A DNA stretch of 64,000 nucleotides, taken from the NCBI GenBank assembly GCA_964016885.1, contig OZ024744.1:117924001-117988000 (forward strand), read 5' to 3'. The translations under genes were made by a program, and so were the position numbers. Source of the stretch: Eledone cirrhosa (taxonomy: Eukaryota). The notes beneath the pieces were generated by a model. The model did no database searches. It saw only the letters and a list, made by a program, of their open reading frames with translations, and was not told the origin of the DNA. This document shows, one piece after another, positions 37,622 through 51,520 of this stretch; the stretch's first letter is position 1; the number at the start of each line of letters is the position of its first letter.

Positions 37622-37838
37622 GTATGATTATTATTTAACTTTGCCTTTCAGCCTTACGGGGGTTGATAAAATAAAGTACCAGTAAGGTACTGGGGTAAGT
37701 ACTGACATTGTACCAAAAGTAGAAACAATTATTATTGTTGGTGCTGTTGCTTCAGTTTTGTTTCCATTCTTTCCAAGTGTCTTTCCCACACTTAGGGCAG
37801 AGAAACTTACTGAATACTTTGATAAGCCATAAAAATAA

Positions 37839-40800
37839 ATACACCAAATTGTTCCTGTCACACTACACAGTTACAACTATATCATTAGCTTGATACATGT
37901 ACACATCTGTAAATACACTAGATTGTTCCTGTCACACTACAGTTACAACTATATCATTAGCTTGATACATGTACACATCTGTAAATACACCAGATTGTTC
38001 CTGTCACACTACACAGTTACAACTATATCATTAGCTTGATACATGTACACATCTGTAAATACACCAGATTGTTCCTGTCACACTACACAGTTACAACTAT
38101 ATCATTAGCTTGATACATGTAAACATCTGTAAATACACCAGATTGTTCCTGTCACACTACACAGTTACAACTATATCATTAGCTTGATACATGTACACTT
38201 CTGTAAATACACCAGATTGTTCCTGTCACACTACACAGTTACAACTATATCATTAGCTTGATACATGTACACATCTGTAAATACACCAGATTGTTCCTGT
38301 CACACTACAGTTACAACTATATCATTAGCTTGATACATGTACACATCTGTAAATACACCAGATTGTTCCTGTCACACTACACAGTTACAACTATATCATT
38401 AGCTTGATACATGTACACATCTGTAAATACACCAGATTGTTCCTGTCACACTACACAGTTACAACTATATCATTAGCTTGATACATGTACACATCTGTAA
38501 ATACACTAGATTGTTCCTGTCACACTACAGTTACAACTATATCATTAGCTTGATACATGTACACATCTGTAAATACACCAGATTGTTCCTGTCACACTAC
38601 ACAGTTACAACTATATCATTAGCTTGATACATGTACACATCTGTAAATACACCAGATTGTTCCTGTCACACTACACAGTTACAACTATATCATTAGCTTG
38701 ATACATGTACACATCTGTAAATACACCAGATTGTTCCTGTCACACTACAGTTACAACTATATCATTAGCTTGATACATGTACACATCTGTAAATACACCA
38801 GATTGTTCCTGTCACACTACAGTTACAACTATATCATTAGCTTGATACATGTACACATCTGTAAATACACCAGATTGTTCCTGTCACACTACACAGTTAC
38901 AACTATATCATTAGCTTGATACATGTACACATCTGTAAATACACCAGATTGTTCCTGTCACACTACACAGTTACAACTATATCATTAGCTTGATACATGT
39001 ACACATCTGTAAATACACTAGATTGTTCCTGTCACACTACACAGTTACAACTATATCATTAGCTTGATACATGTACACATCTGTAAATACACCAGATTGT
39101 TCCTGTCACACTACACAGTTACAACTATATCATTAGCTTGATACATGTACACATCTGTAAATACACCAGATTGTTCCTGTCACACTACACAGTTACAACT
39201 ATATCATTAGCTTGATACATGTACACATCTGTAAATACACCAGATTGTTCCTGTCACACTACAGTTACAACTATATCATTAGCTTGATACATGTACACAT
39301 CTGTAAATACACTAGATTGTTCCTGTCACACTACAGTTACAACTATATCATTAGCTTGATACATGTACACTTCTGTAAATACGCCAGATTGTTCCTGTCA
39401 CACTACAGTTACAACTATATCATTAGCTTGATACTTGTACACTTCTGTAAATACACCAGATTGTTCCTGTCACACTACACAGTTACAACTATATCATTAG
39501 CTTGATACATGTACACATCTGTAAATACACCAGATTGTTCCTGTCACACTACACAGTTACAACTATATCATTAGCTTGATACATGTACACTTCTGTAAAT
39601 ACACCAGATTGTTCCTGTCACACTACAGTTACAACTATATCATTAGCTTGATACATGTACACATCTGTAAATACACCAGATTGTTCCTGTCACACTACAG
39701 TTACAACTATATCATTAGCTTGATACATGTACACTTCTGTAAATACACCAGATTGTTCCTGTCACACTACACAGTTACAACTATATCATTAGCTTGATAC
39801 ATGTACACATCTGTAAATACACCAGATTGTTCCTGTCACACTACAGTTACAACTATATCATTAGCTTGAGACATGTACACATCTGTAAATACACCAGATT
39901 GTTCCTGTCACACTACAGTTACAACTATATCATTAGCTTGAGACATGTACACATCTGTAAATACACCAGATTGTTCCTGTCACACTACAGTTACAACTAT
40001 ATCATTAGCTTGATACACATACACTTCTGTAAATACACAAGATTGTTCTTGTCACACTACACAGTTACAACTATATCATTAGCTTGATACATGTACACAT
40101 CTGTAAATACACTAGATTGTTCCTGTCACACTACACAGTTACAACTATATCATTAGCTTGATACATGTACACATCTGTAAATACACCAGATTGTTCCTGT
40201 CACACTACACAGTTACAACTATATCATTAGCTTGATACATGTACACATCTGTAAATACACCAGATTGTTCCTGTCACACTACAGTTACAACTATATCATT
40301 AGCTTGATACATGTACACTTCTGTAAATACACCAGATTGTTCCTGTCACACTACACAGTTACAACTATATCATTAGTTTGATACATGTACACATCTGTAA
40401 ATACACTAGATTGTTCCTGTCACACTACACAGTTACAACTATATCATTAGCTTGATACATGTACACATCTGTAAATACACCAGATTGTTCCTGTCACACT
40501 ACACAGTTACAACTATATCATTAGCTTGATACATGTAAACATCTGTAAATACACTAGATTGTTCCTGTCACACTACACAGTTACAACTATATCATTAGCT
40601 TGATACATGTACACATCTGTAAATACACTAGATTGTTCCTGTCACACTACACAGTTACAACTATATCATTAGCTTGATACATGTACACATCTGTAAATAC
40701 ACCAGATTGTTCCTGTCACACTACACAGTTACAACTATATCATTAGCTTGATACATGTACACATCTGTAAATACACCAGATCGTTCCTGTCACACTACAC

Positions 40801-42157
40801 AGTTACAACTATATCATTAGCTTGATACATGTACACATCTGTAAATACACCAGATTGTTCCTGTCACACTACAGTTACAACTATATCATTAGCTTGATAC
40901 ATGTACACATCTGTAAATACACCAGATTGTTCCTGTCACACTACACAGTTACAACTATATCATTAGCTTGATACATGTACACATCTGTAAATACACTAGA
41001 TTGTTCCTGTCACACTACAGTTACAACTATATCATTAGCTTGATACATATACACATCTGTAAATACACCAGATTGTTCCTGTCACACTACACAGTTACAA
41101 CTATATCATTAGCTTGATACATGTACACATCTGTAAATACACCAGATTGTTCCTGTCACACTACACAGTTACAACTATATCATTAGCTTGATACATGTAC
41201 ACATCTGTAAATACACCAGATTGTTCCTGTCACACTACAGTTACAACTATATCATTAGCTTGATACATGTACACATCTGTAAATACACCAGATTGTTCCT
41301 GTCACACTACACAGTTACAACTATATCATTAGCTTGATACATGTACACATCTGTAAATACACCAGATTGTTCCTGTCACACTACAGTTACAACTATATCA
41401 TTAGCTTGATACATGTACACATCTGTAAATACACTAGATTGTTCCTGTCACACTACAGTTACAACTATATCATTAGCTTGATACATGTACACTTCTGTAA
41501 ATACACTAGATTGTTCCTGTCACACTACACAGTTACAACTATATCATTAGCTTGATACATGTACACATCTGTAAATACACTAGATTGTTCCTGTCACACT
41601 ACACAGTTACAACTATATCATTAGCTTGATACATGTACACATCTGTAAATACACCAGATTGTTCCTGTCACACTACACAGTTACAACTATATCATTAGCT
41701 TGATACATGTACACATCTGTAAATACACCAGATTGTTCCTGTCACACTACACAGTTACAACTATATCATTAGCTTGATACATGTACACATCTGTAAATAC
41801 ACTAGATTGTTCCTGTCACACTACAGTTACAACTATATCATTAGCTTGATACATGTACACTTCTGTAAATACACTAGATTGTTCCTGTCACACTACACAG
41901 TTACAACTATATCATTAGCTTGATACATGTACACATCTGTAAATACACCAGATTGTTCCTGTCACACTACACAGTTACAACTATATCATTAGCTTGATAC
42001 ATGTACACATCTGTAAATACACCAGATTGTTCCTGTCACACTACAGTTACAACTATATCATTAGCTTGATACATGTACACTTCTGTAAATACACCAGATT
42101 GTTCCTGTCACACTACAGTTACAACTATATCATTAGCTTGATACATGTACACATCTG
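37839..42157. repeat. 72/74-bp tandem array (~59 copies)
   Basis: TACACCAGATTGTTCCTGTCACACTAC(AC)AGTTACAACTATATCATTAGCTTGATACATGTACACATCTGTAAA. Confidence 0.96.
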
Positions 42158-42296
42158 TTTATAATCATATTTACAACAGAATGATAGTCAATCATATAAG
42201 AGTGATAAATTATTTATAGCTTACATAATTATGGAATATAAATTAATAGTGTCAAGTAAAATAATTACATATATGATTATTGTTGTTGTATATGTT

Positions 42297-42478
42297 TGGC
42301 AGTATCAGTAAAGGGTCGCACACCATACTTTGTGGCATAGAGTTACATCTCTGTACATTCTGAGTTCAAATCTTGCCGAGATTAGCTTTATATTTCATCC
42401 TTACAGGGTTGATAAAATAAAGTACCAGTAATACACTGGGTATTTGCTGGCCTTGTGCCAAAAGTAGAAACAATTATT
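42297..42478 (+). mobile_element. SINE family A
   Basis: Homologous to 12541-12728. Confidence 0.85.
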
Positions 42479-42488
42479 ATTATTATAT

Positions 42489-42681
42489 ATAACTGTTTCT
42501 ACTTTTGGCACAAGGCCGGCAAATACCCAGTGTATTACTGGTACTTTATTTTATTGACCCCCGTAATGATGAAAGGCAAAGTAAACCTCGGCGGGATTTG
42601 AACTCAGAATGGCAAGGACCGTAGCTCTATGCGTCAAATCATAGCGTCCGACCCTCTACCGATACTGCCAATCCACCGCCC
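42489..42681 (-). mobile_element. SINE family A, inverted, tail-to-tail with the previous copy
   Basis: Reverse complement of family A; full head GGGCGGTGGATTGGCAGTATCGG on the - strand. Confidence 0.88.
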
Positions 42682-42987
42682 TTATTTTTATTTTATTATT
42701 ATATATAATAAAATCATGTGTACAGCCAGTACAGTTTGGCCTCTGAAGCTGTGTGTAATATGAATGTAAACATATCTTTAGGTATTTAAGCATGTAAATA
42801 TCTTTTCAATCTGTCGAGAAACACATAGAAAAACATGTTTATATGCTTAATGATGAAAATGTGTGTTTTCGAACATATTTCTCACAGCTTCACATCATAA
42901 ACCTGTGCTATTTCTACAGGTATAAATTTATAATATACTCCAAGTGCTCAGTGCACAGTTTAATATATGTGTGTGTGTGTGTGTGTA

Positions 42988-43620
42988 TCATCATCATCAT
43001 TTCGTTTAACGTCCATTTTCCACGCTAGCATGGGTTAGACGGGAGTTGTCCCACTTGAGGCAAGGTTGGTCGGGTGACCATGTCTCGCTCATATAAGACT
43101 ATCTGGCAGGTTTAACTATGGCTGGATGCCTTTCCTAACACCAACCACATTTACAGTGTGGAACTGGGAACTTTTTACTGTATTACCTACACAACCACAT
43201 TACAGCGTGGACTGTGTGTGTTTTTCTCGTGACACCTACACGATCTCGATCTCATTTATCTCATTTATTTGGACTGGATGTTGTGGTACCAACTTTACAG
43301 AGAGAGGGTGCTGTTGGTGGGAGTGGGAGGATAGGGTAGGGATAGTGGATTGTGGTGTATATTTGGTTAAGAGGAGCCTACTGACTACCTTTCGCTTTGT
43401 ACATAGGCAAGGCTGGTCTTCTGTATTACTGCGTAGCGCCAAACATCTCAGTCCAGTGACATTGTCTTAGAGAGGTGCAAGTGTGTAAGATCGGAATTTA
43501 TCAGATCGTCCCAGGTTTTTCTTGGTCTACCTACATTGTAACTTCCATCAATTTTGATCGCCCTGCACTTTTTTTATACAGCTGTCGTCTTTCATGTGCA
43601 TCACATGGCCATACCAATAT
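42988..43620 (-). mobile_element. RTE LINE 3' fragment (RT C-terminus, 3'UTR, (TGA)n tail)
   Basis: The - strand encodes WYGHVMHMKDDSCIKKCRA...GRPRKTWDD; tail (CAT)n on the + strand. Confidence 0.8.
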
Positions 43621-43833
43621 ATATATATAAAGGTCTAACTAGTTTTTATATTGGAAACCTTTACTGAGAAAAGAATGAAGTGTAAACACATTTTAAATAT
43701 TCTTCTGCACACATTAATAAACATAAATGATTACCTTTATGCATTTTGGAGATGTTTGTTTCCTTGTTAAAATATAACAACCACGTTGATCCTATCTACA
43801 GAGGGAATTTTATTATAACATTGCTATATATAC

Positions 43834-43870
<37 letters not shown>

Positions 43871-43960
43871 TAAAATTTAATTTTAGGTTTAATCAATACA
43901 TATAAAATATTGATAATGTTTCTCAGTAAAAGCTCAATAAAACTTTTGTTTAGAATATCA

Positions 43961-44227
43961 ATAATATAAAATTTAAATGATATATTGAGATACCAATTGA
44001 GAAACTAACTAGCATTTAATACATATAAAAACAAATAGAATTTAAGGGGTTAACTAAAAACATTACTGACATAACATGGGAAGTACAGCCATTTAAATAT
44101 AACTTATTATAAGAGTAATATGTTTTATTTAACACCTTAAATGGTCTTTGTTTCTATATAAATGTATTGAAGTCATGTTAGTTTCTCAATTGATATATTT
44201 TTATGTCATTTAAAATTGTTATATTAT
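43961..44227. repeat. Imperfect ~270-bp fold-back element (MITE-like)
   Basis: CAATTGAGAAACTAAC / GTTAGTTTCTCAATTG plus further paired segments on both sides. Confidence 0.7.
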
Positions 44228-44576
44228 ATATATATGTTTTCTTGAGGATTGAGTGTGAGTGAATTAGAATTTATAGAATAACGGTAAGAACTCAACACAA
44301 GGAAGTTGTTAAAACAGCAAAATACCGCCAATGGTAGTGTCGGGTAAAATTTACGTCAAAGGACAGAAATCAGCAGCTAGAAGTGAGTTGGTTCAGAGAA
44401 GTGATAGGAAGAAGATGAACAATACACAATCACACATCTTTTGACGTCTTCAGCTCTCAGACCAGCTCTGGTTTCGCATGATTTAATTGGAGTTTTTCTC
44501 ATTATTCTATGAATTTATATATAAATATATCAATCCAGATGTAGAAAATAACTGAAATGGTCATTCTAATTTACAG

Positions 44577-44765
44577 ACTGATAACTTTGGTCAATCCCAA
44601 CATCAACTGCTACAGACGCAGCTCTTCCCAGCATTGGAACAATTCCACCAGTTGCAACAACAGCAACAGCAGAACTTACAGACACTTCAATTACAACAAC
44701 AGCAGCAGCAGCAACAACAGCAGCAGCAGCAGTTCCAACAACAACAACAACAAGTTCAGATACAA
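44577..44765 (+). CDS. ZNF541: ZNF541/TRERF1-like exon 6 (Gln-rich, 63 codons)
   Basis: ctaatttacag| ... CAA|gtaagt; open frame TDNFGQSQHQLLQTQLFPALEQF...polyQ. Confidence 0.85.
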
Positions 44766-45023
44766 GTAAGTCATCTTAATGATTTCTTCTGAATTATCAC
44801 CCATCTGAGGTTATTGTCTGGGAATTGAACTCACAACCTTACAATCATAAAACCAACACCCTGACCAATAGGTCATGCATCTTAAAAATAGATGGTATAG
44901 ACACAGTTGGAAAGCTTTTGATTTTAGGTTTGTTCTATCAGGGTTGACCAAGGGTTAAACAACAAAAGCAATTGTCATTAGATCCCTCCCAACACCAATT
45001 CTATTTATCAACTTTCATTAATT

Positions 45024-47310
45024 AACAAAAAGTACCCAGTACACACTGTAAAGTGGTCATGTAGTTGTCACAACAAAAAGTACCCAGTACACACTGTAAA
45101 GTGTTCATGTAGGTGTCACAACAAAAAGTACCCAGTACACACTGTAAAGTGGTCATGTAGTTGTCACAACAAAAAGTACCCAGTACACACTGTAAAGTGG
45201 TCATGTAGGTGTCACAACAAAAAGTACCCAGTCCTCACTGTAAAGTGGTCATGTAGGTGTCACAACAAATAGTACCCAGTACACACTGTAAAGTGGTCAT
45301 GTAGGTTGTCACAACAAAAAGTACCCAGTCCACACTGTAAAGTGGTCATGTAGTTGTCACAACAAATAGTACTCAGTACACACTGTAAAGTGGACATGTA
45401 GGTGTCACAACAAAAAGTACCCAGTACACACTGTAAAGTGGTCATGTAGTTGTCACAACAAATAGTACCCAGTCCACACTGTAATGTGGTCATGTAGGTT
45501 GTCACAACAAAAAGTACCCAGTACACACTGTAAAGTGGTCATGTAGCTGTCACAACAAAAAGTACCCAATACACACTGTAATGTGGTCATGTAGGTTGTC
45601 ACAACAAAAAGTACCCAGTACACACTGTAAAGTGGTCATGTAGTTGTCACAACAAATAGTACCCAGTACACACTGTAAAGTGGTCATGTAGGTGTCACAA
45701 CAAAAACTACCTAGTACACACTGTAAAGTGGTCATGTAGGTGTCACAACAAAAAGTACCCAGTACACACTGTAAAGTGGTCATGTAGTTGTCACAACAAA
45801 AAGTACCCAGTACACACTGTAATGTGGTCATGTAGGTTGTCACAACAAAAAGTACCCAGTACACACTGTAAAGTGGTCATGTAGGTGTCACAACAAAAAG
45901 TACCCAGTACACACTGTAAAGTTGTCATGTAGGTGTCACAACAAAAAGTACCCAGTACACACTGTAAAGTGGTCATGTAGGTGTCACAACAAAAAGTACC
46001 CAGTACACACTGTAAAGTTGTCATGTAGGTGTCACAACAAAAAGTACCCAGTACACACTGTAAAGTGGTCATGTAGGTTGTCACAACAAAAAGTACCCAG
46101 TACACACTGTAAAGTGGTCATGTAGATGTCACAACAAAAACTACCTAGTACACACTGTAAAGTGGTCATGTAGGTGTCACAACAAAAAGTACCCAGTACA
46201 CACTGTAAAGTGGTCATGTAGGTGTCACAACAAAAAGTACCCAGTACACACTGTAAAGTGGTCATGTAGGGATCACAACAAAAAGTACCCAGTCCACACT
46301 GTAAAGTGGTCATGTAGGTGTCACAACAAAAACTACCCAGTCCACACTGTAGAGGGGTCATGTAGGTGTCACAACAAAAACTACCTAGTACACACTGTAA
46401 AATGGTCATGTAGGTGTCAGAACAAAAAGTACCCAGTACACACTGCAAAGTGTCATGTAGGTGTCACAACAAAAATTACCCAGTACACACTGTAAAGTGG
46501 TCATGTAGGTGTCACAACATATAGTACCCAGTACATACTGTAAAGTGGTCATGTAGGTGTCACAACATATAGTATCCAGTCCACACTGTAAAGTGGTCAT
46601 GTAGGTGTCACAACAAAATGTACCCAGTCCACACTGTAAAGTGGTCATGTAGGTGTCACAACAAAACTACCCAGTACTCACTGTAAAGTGGTCACATAGG
46701 TCTCAACAAAGAGTACCCAGTACACACTGTAATGTGGTCATGTAGGTGTCACAACAAAAGGTACCCAGTACACACTGTAAAGTGGTCATGTAGGTATCAG
46801 AACAAAAAGTACCCAATACACACTGTAGAGTGGTCATGTAGGTGTCACAACAAAAAGTACCCAGTCCACACTGTAGAATGGTCATGTAGGTGTCACAACA
46901 AAAAGTACCCAGTACACACTGTAAAGTGGTCATGTAGGTGTCACAACAAAAACTACCCCGTACACACTGTAAAGTGGTCATGTAGGTGTCACAACAAAAA
47001 GTACCCAGTACACACTGTAAAGTTGTCATGTAGGTGTCACAACAACAAGTACCCAATACACACTGTAAATTGGTCATGTAGGTGTCACAACAAAAAGTAC
47101 CCAGTACACACTGTAAAGTGGTCATGTAGGTGTCACAACAAAAGGTACCCAGTACACACTGTAATGTGGTCATGTAGGTGTCACAACAAAAGGTACCCAG
47201 TACACATTGTAAAGTTGTCATGTAGGTGTCACAACAAAAGGTACCCAGTACACACTGTAAAGTGGTCATGTAGGTGTCACAACAAAAGGTACCCAGTACA
47301 CACTGTAAAG
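45024..47310 (+). repeat. 48-bp tandem array (~47 copies) running directly into an RTE 3'UTR tail (47310-47470)
   Basis: Same unit as 30326-31440; downstream sequence collinear with 16975-17146. Confidence 0.95.
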
Positions 47311-47526
47311 TGGTTGGCATTTGGAAGGACACCCAGCTGTAGAAATCAAGCCAGAAATAGTTCCGTATGAGCAAGACATGGTCACCTGACCTGGCTTGTC
47401 TCACAACAGGACAACTCATCAAACCCATGCTGACGTGGGAAATGAATATTAAATTGTGGTGATGATGATAGCGTTTGGATTATTCTTGTTACTAACGACA
47501 TTTTTTTTTTTTTTTTTTTTTTGCAG

Positions 47527-49129
47527 TTGACAACAACCCAAGAAGTAAATAGCAAAACACAACAACCACAACAACAACAAACAACTGATTTCCACAGTGA
47601 AACAATTAAACATCTCCAACATAAAGAATTTCAGCAGACAACCAGTTTGCATGAAAACCAACAAGATGTGGAGTTAACTGCTACATCTAACGTAAGAAAT
47701 ACTGCTACAGAGGCTCCCCACCCATCTAACAGTGAAGCTACAGAGTCGAATGTCTCTAACGTTCTCTCTCAGGCAGGAACCCTACCTTCCCGGCTTGCTA
47801 TGGTCGAGACATTCTCAACTCAGTCTCTCACCACCCAGCAGCCTATCACATCGTTTATCAGAGAGAATAATATCCAATCCCAACTGTCTGTCTCTCAGCT
47901 GCTTCAGTTTTCTAACAATACCGCTGCCACCAACACATTATCTATTGCCGAGGAACACATTGCTACCACAGAACTCAACTCTGCTACAAATTCTATAGCG
48001 TTAAATTTTGAATCTAATATTGCAGCTGAGCAACAAGCACAACAAAAAAGTAGACATGAACAACAACAACAACAATTAGAACATCAACAACAAACTTTAC
48101 AGCTGCAGCAGCAACAACAACAACAAACTTTGCAGCAACAGCAACAACTTGAACTTACACCACCACCACCACCGCCACCACCACCACCACAACAACAGCA
48201 GCAACAACAATTTCAACTTACACAGCAGCAACAACAACAAACACATTCTGGAGTCCAATCAATCCGTCAAGTTACAATGTCGTCACTAAAAAATGAAAAC
48301 AACAACAATAACATGGAAGAGCAGCTTTCTAAACATAATATTAATAAGGACTCCTACATGTTCTCCTCATCAAGTGGTATCTCTCTCTTCCCATTCCCCA
48401 CCCCAGGTAATACATTACCCTATGATAACACCTGTCTGTCTGATGATTTGAACCATCGTTCTGCTACTGCTGGACAATTCCATCCAATAGGATGTGACGA
48501 TGAAAAAGACAAAGACCAACTTCTCTCTGAACTTGATAGCAATACAACAATGAAATCTTTGAGTTCCATTTTGTTATCCGATTCTAGCAGTGCTAGGTCC
48601 TCACTGATGGATTTGGCAAGCAGAGCGTTGGATTTGAATCAATTCGGTAAAAACTCTGACGATCATAAACTTCAACGTTCAAAAAGCGAAGACCATACTT
48701 TCATGAGGCCCCAGAATCGCAATGAAGATGTTCCTTACAGACCACGAAGTCGAAACGAAGACCCTGTCACTAGTAGATGGCGTAACCAACCTGAAGAACA
48801 GTTGCAGAAATCTGAAGGTGCTGGCATTTTCCGAAACCCAAATCTCGGAACGAGTCCGGTGAGAACAAAACGCAAACACCGTCCAGCACCACTTATTATA
48901 CCGCCATATGTGAGCAATAGCGGTTTTCAGAGTAGACTTAGGTCCCCACGTGTACGTGACGGAAATGAAGTACGCACTCTATCTCCTCCTCCGTATACAC
49001 CTCCCCCTATGCTCAGTCCAGTCCGAAGTGGACCTGGTCTGTTCTGCAATATCCAGACACCATATCGACCTGTTTCACCCAGGTTAACCTCTAATATCAG
49101 TGCTCGTCTACCAATTTTAAATCGACGAA
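47527..49129 (+). CDS. ZNF541: ZNF541/TRERF1-like exon 7 (large low-complexity exon with conserved RP.PLIIP, FQSRLRSP and YTPPPMLSP motifs)
   Basis: polyT + ttgcag|; donor A|gtaagt; KRKHRPAPLIIPP and PPPYTPPPMLSPVRSGPGLF are typical of TRERF1/ZNF541/MIDEAS. Confidence 0.92.
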
Positions 49130-49184
49130 GTAAGTATTCTTTTTTCTTGGGGTTTATTTATTTATTTTTTTGTATGAAATTTTC

Positions 49185-49910
49185 TCTAATATAACCTTAT
49201 AATGGTTGTATTTCTAATATAACCTTATAATGGTTGTATTTCTAATATAACCTTATAATGGTTGTATTTTTAATATAACCTTATAATGGTTGTATTTCTA
49301 ATATAACCTTATAATGGTTGTATTTCTAATATAACCTTATAATGGTTGTATTTCTAATATAACCTTATAATGGTTGTATTTCTAATATAATCTTTTAATG
49401 GTTGTATTTCTAATATAACCTTATAATGGTTGTATTTCTAATATAACCTTATAATGGTTGTATTTCTAATATAACCTTATAATGGTTGTATTTCTAATAT
49501 AACCTTATAATGGTTGTATTTCTAATATAATCTTTTAATGGTTGTATTTCTAATATAACCTTATAATGGTTGTATTTCTAATATAACCTTATAATGGTTG
49601 TATTTCTAATATAACCTTATAATGGTTGTATTTCTAATATAACCTTATAATGGTTGTATTTCTAATATAACCTTATAATGGTTGTATTTCTAATATAATC
49701 TTTTAATGGTTGTATTTCTAATATAACCTTATAATGGTTGTATTTCTAATATAACCTTATAATGGTTGTATTTCTAATATAACCTTTTAATGATTGTATT
49801 TCTAATATAATCTTTTAATGGTTGTATTTCTAAACTTAAAATGGTTGTATTTTTATATAATCTTTTAATGGTTCTATTTCTAACCCTTTAATGGTTGTAT
49901 TTCTAATGAA
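49185..49910. repeat. 28-bp tandem array (TCTAATATAACCTTATAATGGTTGTATT), ~26 copies
   Basis: Visible; the last unit continues into MITE family 2 sequence. Confidence 0.95.
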
Positions 49911-50649
49911 ATACACTGTATTCCATTTAGTTAAGAATTTTGAAGGATTTGCTAAAATTGTTAATTATTTCATTACTAAGATAACTTAAGATATGATTGA
50001 CTTTGTCTACCATAATGTTGTCAACTTTGATGGTTGGTCCCTCAGTTGGGTCTGATTGCAGTAAGCCCTTACTCTCCCATGCCTCTTCCCAACATCAGTT
50101 AGTATAAGGGTACCACAATCATTCAAACATACTTTTTTTCCCTGCAATCTAAAGCAGTTCATGTTTCTGATCCTTACATGGGGTTAGGATATGCCTATGA
50201 GAAACGCAACCTTCAGCTTCCTAGACACATGGTAGATTCTTGAGGATTATTTTAGGATAAAAATAGTGTCTTCAATGCTGGGAAATATGGTAATCTATAG
50301 AATAGCAACTTATAAAATCTGACCCTATACTTCATACCAAAAAGCAACCAAAACGTTTTTGTAAGATTTTTCCTTAACTTAAAAATAAATCTATTGTATT
50401 TACTTATACATAAGTCACACCTCCTTTGTGTTTTATAATATTTCATTTAATATTTCAAGCCTAAAACAAGGTTTGGAGGATAAAGTGCATGTGGCTTTTC
50501 ACAGGCAGTTATTTCGGTAAAAACACTTCCACTTATCTACCAATATATATGGTATATATTTGGGAGATATTTAATCTCTTATTAAATTCTTCATAATTGT
50601 TAACACCAAAAAAACCCTGAAAATTATAAAAATTATTTACCATTAACAG

Positions 50650-50734
50650 CAAGTATAGGAACCCCATCTCAAGAATCAGCAGTCAGTGATGACACACCAG
50701 AAACAGAAGCACCCCCTGAAACAGATATATTACC
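50650..50734 (+). CDS. ZNF541: ZNF541/TRERF1-like exon 8
   Basis: taacag| ... CC|gtaagt; phase 1/2 matches; SIGTPSQESAVSDDTPETEAPPETDIL(P). Confidence 0.85.
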
Positions 50735-50789
50735 GTAAGTATTTGTAGAAAAAAATATTTTTTTTGTACATGGTAGCTAGACATGCATG

Positions 50790-51520
50790 AAGACACATAG
50801 CCTAATTAGTGAGGATGCTGGACATATGGTCGTAATATTGATGGTTCCATTCCTGTGGTTCTTGAGCAAGATACTTTATTTCCCCTTACACTAGTATGAT
50901 CAGCTGAGATGAGTATTAGCAGTAGCAGGGGTGTTAATCCTGTGATAGACCGGAGTTCTGTCCAGGGGGAATCTTGTACTCCGAGTTTCTTAATGCCAAG
51001 GAAACCAGGAACAAACACCGACTTGGTGAGCCACCAGGCTTAAAACAGATTTTAACTTTAATTAGCAAGACAAGGGCATTGAAAGCAAAGGTTAAAAAGA
51101 AATGAGATGAGCCTGCTCTGATGGATGAGTAAATTTAGAGTGCATGGATGATCTTAAAAAAATGTCTAAAATTCTGTCTTGAGCTTGGAGGCTCATCAAA
51201 CCGGTGCTTATCCTGGTTTCCATGGTGTGAAGTGGCTGAGAGTACATGACTTCTCCCTGGATAGGACACTAGTCCATTGCAGGGTTAAAATCTGTCTCAA
51301 ACCTGGAGGCTCATTAGGCTAGTTCTTATCCTGGTATCCATAGCGTGAAGCAATTGAGAGTACAAGGCTCCTCCGTGGAAAGGACACCAGTAAATCACAG
51401 GGTTAAACCCCCAGCTATTGCTGAGTATATTGGAGCAACATGAAAATGAAGTGTTTTGCTCAAGAACACAACACACAAGCTAGTCCAGGAATCAAGTCCA
51501 ACATACCACTAGGCCACATC
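50790..51520. mobile_element. Cluster of SINE family C copies (+ at 50790-51060; - at 51170-51520)
   Basis: Shared CORE-like and GGGGAATCTTGTACTC segments in opposite orientations. Confidence 0.7.

Noticed and set aside
22309-42157. Regularly spaced repeats as possible CRISPR arrays
   Set aside because: Units are head-to-tail with no unique spacers, no cas genes are present, and the context is eukaryotic introns
44440-44480. Complete hammerhead on the - strand (GAAACCAGAGCTGGTC...CTGAAGA)
   Set aside because: Stem III is good but stems I and II cannot be formed convincingly; counted only as a half motif
30324-47428. Cys-rich repeat ORFs (MTTLQCVLGTFCCDTY)n resembling metallothionein or keratin-associated proteins
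   Set aside because: 48-bp satellite derived from the RTE 3'UTR; frames break at random and there is no splice or start context
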